Positions 53,201 to 64,000 of a stretch of 64,000 nucleotides of DNA are shown in pieces. Every line of letters starts with the position of its first letter. Position 1 is the first letter of the stretch. The notes under the pieces were generated by a model. That model made no database searches, was not told the DNA's origin, and saw only the letters and a list, made by a program, of their open reading frames with translations. Source of the DNA: Balanoglossus misakiensis (Eukaryota > Animalia > Hemichordata); contig CM082576.2 in assembly GCA_040954595.2 (NCBI GenBank), positions 10,729,129 to 10,793,128 of the forward strand, in the 5' to 3' direction. Made by a program: the position numbers and the translations under genes.

Positions 53201-55323
53201 TCGTTCACACCTCGTTACTGTCAATGGGGTATTAATTGCGCACATAAGTTACACAACCAATAAAAAATCTTGTAGCAGAATGCAAGTGCTAGTGGTCGCA
53301 GAATCAAAGTGCTAGTGGTCGCAGAATGCAAGTGCTAGTGGTCGCAGAATCAAAGTGCTAGTGGTCGCAGATAGCATTTCCCTCAAAGTGCGACTAGCAC
53401 TTTCTTGTCGCACAATGTGTTTTGAGACACCCATACATAACTCCTGCTCGAGTGCCGAAAATAGTGACGTGGCTGACCGCCCAGAACCGACTTTCATATT
53501 TCGGGTACAGATGACTTTCTGCGCCGCTTGGGCAATTTCCATCACTAGTATTTCTGCACTGTCTATATAGGAGTGACCTCACAAAACGACAAGGCGGTCC
53601 TCACCCTAACGTGTTTCCCGTCCGAGAGGTATTCGTGAAGAAAGCGATCTTTCTCCTTGACCAGCACCCAGACCGTCGGCGACAGCGTGATAGAGCCCGA
53701 CTCGGCGAACTTCTCGGCGGAGTTAACGTCGTCTACTGTCGGCCCGGTCGCCACAAACAAGCGGGTGTCTTCGTCGTTCCCGAAGTATGTGACGTGCATT
53801 TCACCCACAGCAAGTCCTGCATAGCATATGACACAAATTATTACTCCTAACACGGTTTAAGTATGCTCTGAGTTTTGCAAATATTGTTCAGACTTGAAAA
53901 TTTTGTAAGGGGAAATATCTTATACATGCCACCGATTGGGAAGAGTCTTATTTCTCGTAGGCTAGGGATAGATCGTGAAGATCTACTATTATAATTTTTT
54001 ATAGTAAAACAGGTAGCGTAGCATGGGAAATATTGATATACAAGTACATGTACGACCCCGGGCAATGCAATCTGAGAAACCACTCGCAAACTAGACACAT
54101 TTACTACAAAGAAGCCAATTTTAAAGACAGAAATGACGATTCTCTGTGATTTGAGGCCAGAGCATCACTTAGCCCCAGCCTCAGGTGACGAAACGTAATT
54201 TTACTCGGGGGGGGGGGGGTTCGAATTCAATACCTATTTTCACGCGTAATTTGACTCCAACATCGGTGTCCCAATTGTCGCATTTATCCTGTATCTTAAG
54301 ACCGCATTCCATGGACTTCAAAACAGTGTGCTCCAGGAATTCATGGTTTTCAATTTCCCAAAGAGCCAACAGAGCGTCACCTGGCGACGGACAGAGAACA
54401 AACAGTATGTGAAACCAAATGACGAAACATATTTAAATATTAATGAGGAGTTTCTCCGAAAAAGTATGTTATAGAAAATAAAGAGAAATGAAAAGGGGGT
54501 ATTGGAAAGGTGATTGAATATCTTCAGTGTCCGCTTCCGTCAGATTCGGCCGCATGTGCGGCTACAGAGAAATGTTACCATTTAAAACTGAACGCTTATA
54601 GACTATTACCTTGAAGGAAACTTGCATTGTTTTAACCTTGCACAAGAATTATTTTATATGAATGCACAAAATGGTATTTAACAATTATACTTTTAATAAA
54701 AATGTTTGTCACGCCGAGCATGGGTTTTTAAATTTTAAGTACCATGCCACGGCCGGTGCACAACTTGAAGTCTATCTCACCTGCAAAATTGAGCACATCT
54801 CCGCCGCTACTGAGGATGTTTTCGACGATGGCGCCCAGGTAATCGTTCAGCGCTTTGCTGAGTCTGTCCGTACCACAGCCACTCCTAGTACTCATGGCAA
54901 ACTTCTCGCACAGCGCTGTAAAACCTGTGTAATTTGAATATCAAACCAAAACTTTATGACAGGTGTAAGATTGTTCACAAGAAAATTGGCTCATGTTTAT
55001 CAGCAACCAAGAAAGCTTTGAGATTATTTAAATACATGTACATGTAACACGAATACTACACAGCGTTCAAGATATTTTCAGTAAAAATGGAAAGAAGTCG
55101 CGCAAATGATGAGACGTATAGCAATACCTGAAATGTCGGCAAACATGAGAACGCCTTCCAGGTTCTTCACACTCGGCAACTCTTTGTCGAAATTGCACCG
55201 AACCACGACGTCTGGTATGTGGGTAGCCAGTGGATTTGGCACATCTCCGGTCTTCTTCATGACAGACAGGTGACTCCCGCTTTTCAGTGAACTCAGCAGG
55301 CTCGACGCTCTCAGACTCAGCAT
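41237..55323 (-). CDS. ADCY10: Soluble adenylyl cyclase (ADCY10/sAC-like), more than 20 exons
   Basis: C1: GVLMFADISGFTAL...GGDVLNFAGDALLALW...LRVKIGLAVG. C2: YLSEMRQVTIIFVN...NKIFMFDKGCTFL...IGVTTGKTFCGVVGHTYRHEYTVIGNKVNMAARLMMHYPG. P-loop GDSGIGKT, Walker-B-like DDAHFID, MILAKIDRL...LKCAAVLG and a C-terminal TPR-like region. Stop at 41237-41239. The start codon is uncertain (a possible upstream exon ends at 55729). Confidence 0.92.
52136..53433. mobile_element. Tc1/mariner-like non-autonomous element with long TIRs, in an ADCY10 intron
   Basis: TA-CGGGTGTCTCAAAACACATTGTGCGACAAGAAAGTGC... at the left end and its reverse complement ...TTTTGAGACACCCA-TA at the right end. The inverted repeats are about 150 bp and contain tandem 23-bp units (CTGCGACCACTAGCACTTTGATT). 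TA flanks at 52134-52135 and 53434-53435. No transposase ORF. Confidence 0.8.
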
Positions 55324-56366
55324 GCCGGAACTCCCTGTTGGTGACGACGGGTGGGTGATTATGCATGTACTCTAAAATAAGCTGCGGCAAACGCAGGAAG
55401 CCTTGCACACGAAAATTGCTGACAGGAAAATCTCACGCATTTACTTGAGAAAATTATCACCTGGTGTTTTTATTGAAACGTTACGACAGCAAAATAAATG
55501 CTTTACTGTCTCTTGGTTTGTCACCCTTTCCTATTTCGCCGGAATACAATGTTAACGGCGACGGAAAAGTGCTTAACTTTCAGACATGGTTGATACTAGT
55601 ATCACACACAGAATACAAAGCCTGACTTCACTTATGAGCACCTGCATAAACGTTTTGGGGTTTGTCCTGGCCAATAGCGCGTCACCAATGTTTGCCATGC
55701 CTTTGCATGAAAGTGAAGGAAAACTTACCCGGTGTTTGTTCAAATCGGCGAACAGACATTTTAGGACGGTTTAAATTTAGCTATCTTCTTTTTTGCGCTT
55801 GGTTTTATTCGTCGCCATGTCAGTGTACGTTCGCCATCTTTCACACAGAATTTCAGAAATATTCGATAGAACGAATGTCATGGCAGCAGGCGCGTTTGTG
55901 GTGTGTGCGCCCTCAAGAGGTGTACTAAAATCGAACACACTTTGTCGAACCATGCACGGCATGGTCGAACTGTTCTGCTTGACAGCACCGCGCTAAAAAT
56001 GGGCCTTCACCATAAGTTTCATAGAAGTATGCTGCCCGGACTTATCAAGGAAAATGTACCCAAAGGCATACCATTGTTGTCCCTCTATCGACATATGTCT
56101 ATGCCAAAAAACTGCGAAAAAGTCACCATTAATACAAAGCTATAAAGGAAAGATTTATTGACATAATCATCTACTCATATCATGGTTATAAATTTAATAT
56201 AAAAATAAAAATCAGATTTTCCATAAAAAAAAAGTCTCCGTAAAAAATGTCGTCATGTCTTTGATTGAGGCCTATATCTTGGACAAAAGTTAGATTTTGT
56301 TGTTTCAAAGGTTTACACACAGAGTGTACACAGATTTATTTTTTATTTATTTTCCAGCTTGACATG

Positions 56367-59300
56367 CTAGAGTTGGATTGGTCTGACAGGCCTTGGTCCT
56401 ATGTTGTGACTGTTGTTGTCCTTTATCGGAGACATCGGCAATCCCTTTGTCTTGAGTTTCTCACTCCTAAAATGAAAATAACAATAATTGATTGAGATAT
56501 ATGGGTCTACAGTAAAAACTGAAGTTAGAGACTAAAAGTGGGTGAATTCCCATCAATTTGCAATGTTCCTGTCTCCGTAGGCAAAACATTTCACGGGTTG
56601 TGTTGGGGTGCCGGTTTGGGCCCCGAGCATTGCAGTGAAACCCTTGGAATTACTTACATTTGTTTTGGTGTGAACATATCAGTCAGTTTGCGTTGTTTCG
56701 ACTGCATCAGGTTTTCATCGCTAGATTTCCTCTTTCTTGCCGTCTTGTTGAGACCCAATTTTCTACACACTCCCACCAGGTTCTTGGATCCTGAAATGAA
56801 CATTCAGAGAAATTTGAAGCAATGCAGACGAATATGCCAAAAAAGTTTGGTATAAACTTAAGAAACTCTATGTCATTGTAATGGATTTGTGCACACACCT
56901 TGTTGTTTATTTGATGCAGACATCCTTGAAACTGAGAGTCCTGAACATCTGGTCTGTGTAAATGCAAACACAATACAATTTAAAGTTAAACAAACATGTT
57001 TGTGGTGGAATGAAATTGAAAACTTTTGCAGGGACACCCTTAAAAACGACAGACTTGTAAGTTTCAGTAATATTCAAAGACACATACCCCTTTCGCGCTG
57101 CTCTGAGAAGAGTTCATTGAACTCTGACTTGATACGAAATCCTCATCTTCTTCTGCAAAAACAGAGCTGTTGGGTGTACCTCGGTTCAGTTCTTGAGACA
57201 AGGAGGATGAGGAAGTGCTCCTCCTACTCGAAATGCCGCTGGAAAAATAACTGCTTTTGCACGAGCTGTCAGTTTCATTAGTTGCATGATCATCAGCACT
57301 GTCGTTGTCGACAGTCTCTATTATCTGAACGTTTCCGTCAGTGCTGTCCATGCTCTCCTCACTGGCCTTATAAACGGGTTCTGATTTCCTCACAAACTTG
57401 AACTGGCTGTTTGCCATGGGGGAATTCTTCAGCGTCGACTGAGAGGAGTTCCACGGTGGCTTTTGGAAGGAGGGTTGCTGGCAGTGTGAGGGCGGTTTCG
57501 TTGGTTTGTTTCGACTCCACCGGAAGTTGCTCAACCTTTGTGCGATTCCGGCCTTCGGAGTTGATTGGACACCATCAAGCTTGGAATTAATATCTTCTCC
57601 TTCCGAAGCACACATTTTCCGGTCACCTAAATCCATGATTTCCGTCTCAATCCTGATAGCTCCGATTTCTGAATCTGCAATGCCACCTCCTTCACTCTGA
57701 TTCTGTGCAGGAGCAGTCGTGTCCTCCACATTCTCCGAGACCTTCTGTGTTTTTTGATACTCAAATTTATCCTGCAGTGTCTCGTAAGCCTTCCCTTCCG
57801 CAATCTCACATTTTTCAGTGTCTTCTGTCACGTTTTCTTCAGTCTTTTGTTGTTCACATTCCACCATTGCACTGTACAGATCAGACTTTTTCACCGGCTC
57901 CCCTGGTGAAGTCTGTTCATCACCGCCACTGCTGCTGTTTGCGAAAAATCTAGCAAATTCAAAAACACACATTCATAGAAATAAACGGAATTTAATAATA
58001 GTTTTAAAATATTTTACTTTTCAAGTGTTTATGCGTGATTTACCTGCTTGTCTCTGTGTTATTTTCTTGCAAGAGTTCCCGCCTCCTCTCCGATGTCATC
58101 CTACTTATGGCGAACTTGTTGAGTTTCTTTCGTTGTGGATTTGAACCTGTCTTGTTGGGTGCTGTTTGCAGCTCAGGAGTTGGAGACACACTTGTCTTTG
58201 TACCGGATGTCAGCGACATATTTGAATCGGAAGATGGTGACAGGCTGTTTTTCTTTGCAGGGATGAACAGTTTGTACTGTGATTTGAGATCGTCATCATT
58301 TAATGCCTCGTCTTCAAAGTCTGTCTTGTCTGATGTAAGAGGGACAGGAGTGATATTAATATTAGTGTGATGACAGGCATTCACAAAAGCCATAAATTAT
58401 ATCCTACATGTACAATTCCATACCCATAAAATGATGAAATACTAAAAAACTTGCCATCCAGCAGAAACAAGACTTTCTTACCTTTTCGTACATGTATCTT
58501 TTTCTCTGTTTTGATCACTGCTTTCCAGGGTGCTGACTTGACAGATACCTCTTTACCCTGTGTGGATGGTCTCTTTTCTACGGATGTGTTCGTCACTGTG
58601 TAATTTTTCCCGAGTGGCCTGTAATCTTTGTGCCATATGCTCAGAAGATGACTTGGCGTGTTCTTGTCCACTGGCTGCAGGGGGCAAGGGAATAACATTG
58701 ATGACCTTCCTAATTCTGAAAGCCTAATTACAGTTCGTACATATTCAAACATTCTTTTTCTGATGTTGGTTTTTAAAAAATGAGAGAGAGCAGTTCACAT
58801 TGGTGCAGAGACGTGCCAGATTTGTCAGAATTGACAGGCTGACTCGTGTTACGTGTTTAAAGGAGCCTCAAAGTACATAGAATTACCTTGTGTGGGTTGG
58901 GTGCATAGTCATTCATGGACTGCATGGTGTGTACGTCTATGTTGCCAAGAGACAGCTGTACGGCCAGTTTATCTGGTAGACGTCTGAGGTTTATCGGTTA
59001 AGGAACACGGGTTTTGGGTAGGGCGTTTAATATGACCAGGTGTATTCAGACACAACTTGCACTCTGGTCCACACACGACCTAGACCCAGTTATCAGACAT
59101 ACATATATATCTGACAGTGTGATTGTAACTACTGGTAAAATCTGATTACAGGTATTGCTCTTGTTTGAGTCAGTCAGTCAAACATGGTTATAAAAGAACT
59201 CGGACGAACACCAGACAGGGAATGACACAGCCACAGTATGGGATAACAACAGCAACAAAGGATACTTTCCGGCATATTCCATATCCTGTGGATCCACATT

Positions 59301-61132
59301 CTCCGCATACGGATTCAGCGGCACTACTTTTCTTTGCACCGGATCAAACGCCAGCTGATACAGGAAGGTGTTGTTGGCTCGGATGAAACCATCAATGTAC
59401 TCTTGAGGCACCACTAAGTGTGTCTTCAGATACTGTCCAAGTCTTTTCAAAATCTGCATTGAAGATGGCATGACAAAAACAAGCAGTTATTGCCTCACTC
59501 TGCCAGTGCTACGAAAATTTTTATACAAATATACAAATATATTTGTACTCTTATAACTTTGGATGAAGTTTGTCTATCGCAAAGGTCTGGAAACCACTGG
59601 CCTAAAGTCGCACCTGAGTAAGATCTGGAGTGGTGGCCAGGCGGAAAACTTTCCAAGCTTTCTTCAGTCCAATGTTGGGCAACGATGGCAGGTAATCGCA
59701 CCCGGACATGATGCACATGTATCGAAATCTGTCATAGTCGTATCGACCACCCATCTTCATGACTTGGTTGAACTTGGACTTGTCAATCTCCAATCCATTG
59801 CCGTTCAAGTCCATCTTGACCATCACCTGAGTGGGGGAATAAAAATAAATGAGTCTAAGTGAACAAAAAAAAGTAAACTTTCAGAGGACATAGCAACACA
59901 AACTAGCTTGAAGGGGCAGTGTGTAGGTTTGGAAAGGTGGGCGGGGTCAAAGTTCAAACCTTGTCACATCCAAATGCAGTCAAATCTGAATCTTCAGTAA
60001 TCACACACTGAGCCATGCCTGTTCTGCTCAAGTACGCCAACTGGGCGTCGGCTTCATACGGTGCCACGATGCAGTCAACTCCTAAACTCCTCGCAGCCTT
60101 CAAAAGAAAACAGAAGTAACCAATGATTTGAAAATGCTTACAAGTGAAGAACATTGTATATTTTCAATTTTGCTAAGTGTACAAAATATTTAGCAAATCT
60201 CAACCACAATAGGTAGTTCCATGACCTATGACCCCATAGTCATGGTGGCATTCCAACCACGTGGTTCAACTAATGAACCCACTATATTCTTTAAATTTTC
60301 ACACGAATGTTCTCTTATTTTGTTTTCTAGCAATTTTAATTCATGGATTTCAATTGATGTTTAGCATAAATAATGCCAATCATTCTGCTACGCATAAATG
60401 AAATGCGTTCGACTGACTCTAACAAGCAACTCAGTCCCTCTCTTACCTTCATGACATCAAGTGCCATCTTAGATGTTACATTGATGCATTTTGTAAAACA
60501 GTCTCTTGCTTCACTCACTTTACCCTCTCTGAGAAACTGTTTACCCTTTGCATGGTTTAGTTCTCTACGCCTGGAAAAAAATATCAATCATAGAAATTTG
60601 ATATTATACAGGTGTCCGTCTGAACACAAATCACCATTGTGGGGTTGCGTGTATGTCAATCAATGGGAAATGTACATCCTGAAGTTAGAACTGACTGATT
60701 ATTTTCACTTACTCTCTTCTTGACTTCTCCACACCTGCTTTGGATTTGAGATTACAGCCATCAAAGACAAGGATTGGCTTCACTTTGTAGGAGAGTAACA
60801 TGTTGACGTATTTCAAGACATACCGGACATACCTGAAACAGAACGGGAAATTGAATTTGAATGTACAATGAAACTGGCTACAGGAAGTGAAGAATATTTT
60901 TCATAGCCGAATACATCACTGAATAGTACTTTGACAAATCACATTACAGATGTGTATCGCAGATCACTTACTGATCAGTTGCTTCTCCTTTTGCCAGTTG
61001 CATAGCACAGGCAAAGGCGCCTTTGTGCAACCAGCAGTACGTGTCAACGGCCACGGTGTAACCAGCATACTTCTTGATATTCGTTTGCTCCGTTGCATCT
61101 TTTAGGAATGGTAGCAGGCCCTGTATACCCAT
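56367..61132 (-). CDS. EXO1: Exonuclease 1
   Basis: Starts [13 protein letters not shown]...[17 protein letters not shown]; XPG-I motif [15 protein letters not shown]...ITEDSDL; [21 protein letters not shown]; [16 protein letters not shown]-like TSRFF across an exon junction and PIP-like QRKLTDMF. Stop TAG at 56369-56367. Confidence 0.97.
58984..59265 (-). other. U12-type GT-AG intron in EXO1
   Basis: Minus-strand 5' site GTATCCTTT starting at 59265; branch site TTCCTTAAC about 13 nt before the intron's 3' end (AG at 58985-58984). Splicing gives [20 protein letters not shown] in frame. Confidence 0.92.
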
Positions 61133-61670
61133 ACCATTGACATAGCACTGAACTGAAAATAAAAGGTGGAGTAAGATGAAATTGGTAAAACTTGTGATTC
61201 GTGCTTTTGGAAAATTGTATCTAGGGTTAGGCTAGCTGCAATAACACAAAAACCAAGGCAACACCTCGATCTACTGAACTGATGAGGTGTGGAGCAAACC
61301 TCATGATATTGACAACGCCCACAAAATAAATCGAAGACAGGTCATGCTGGATTATGTAAGGCCTGTGGCGTGTGGATCCATGGAGCATGTATACAGTATA
61401 TTAATATTACGAGTCACTGACTGTACTATACATCACTCAGGTCCAGGGGGCCGTTTACTATTATTACTCAATGTAATGAGCTCGAGCTTCTCTCTTGTGA
61501 CGTACAACGGTACACCATACACGTAGTAAATGTACACATCATCATCATCATCGTCGTCGTACTGTCAATGACACCGTTTTGCGTACATCGGTGGTGCAAT
61601 TTCGCCACCCTTCGTTGCACCAACCATACCATATTGTTATAATTCTGTGGTAAGTGACGAATAACCTTAC

Positions 61671-61842
61671 CTGCAACCAGAAAGAAACCCACATAGGCAA
61701 AGAATTATTACACAAGCGTTTACGGAGTTTCTAAATTTCCCGCGAGCCGTCTGAACATCACGCTCTGCGCGAGATAAAATACAAGATGCGAGAACAAGAA
61801 AGCTGCCATGGGTGGCGCTGTTGAAGTGGCCACGAAACAGAA
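61671..61842. promoter_or_regulatory. Probable bidirectional promoter shared by EXO1 and YIPF4
   Basis: Head-to-head genes. A minus-strand donor (CAG|GTAAGG at 61670) marks an EXO1 non-coding first exon less than 200 bp from the YIPF4 ATG at 61843. The region is locally CpG-rich. Confidence 0.55.

Positions 61843-64000
<2,158 letters not shown>

Overview
Gene-dense, intron-rich animal genomic DNA (about 40% GC by eye). A marine invertebrate such as a non-vertebrate deuterostome is my inference, not something the sequence proves. Nine protein-coding loci are supported, left to right: the 5' exon of a signal-peptide JmjC/cupin gene (-); an uncharacterised coiled-coil protein with UVR-like motifs (+); NAA20 (+); BAHD1 (-); a bacterial-type ectoine hydroxylase ectD with an intronless CDS (-); a DEX1-like FG-GAP membrane protein (-); soluble adenylyl cyclase ADCY10-like (-); EXO1 (-); and the 5' part of YIPF4 (+). 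Non-autonomous DNA transposons are also present: two copies of a PIF/Harbinger-like MITE and one Tc1/mariner-like MITE. The standout is the ectD-like gene. It has the full EctD signature, sits among ordinary spliced animal genes, and carries a 40-aa basic, acid-free N-terminal extension resembling a mitochondrial presequence plus a probable 5'UTR intron, which suggests a domesticated horizontally acquired osmolyte enzyme. Other notable points are three U12 (minor spliceosome) introns including an AT-AC intron, Asn at both canonical bicarbonate-binding positions of the sAC, and an alternative first exon of BAHD1. Gene identities come from recalled motifs; no database search was run.
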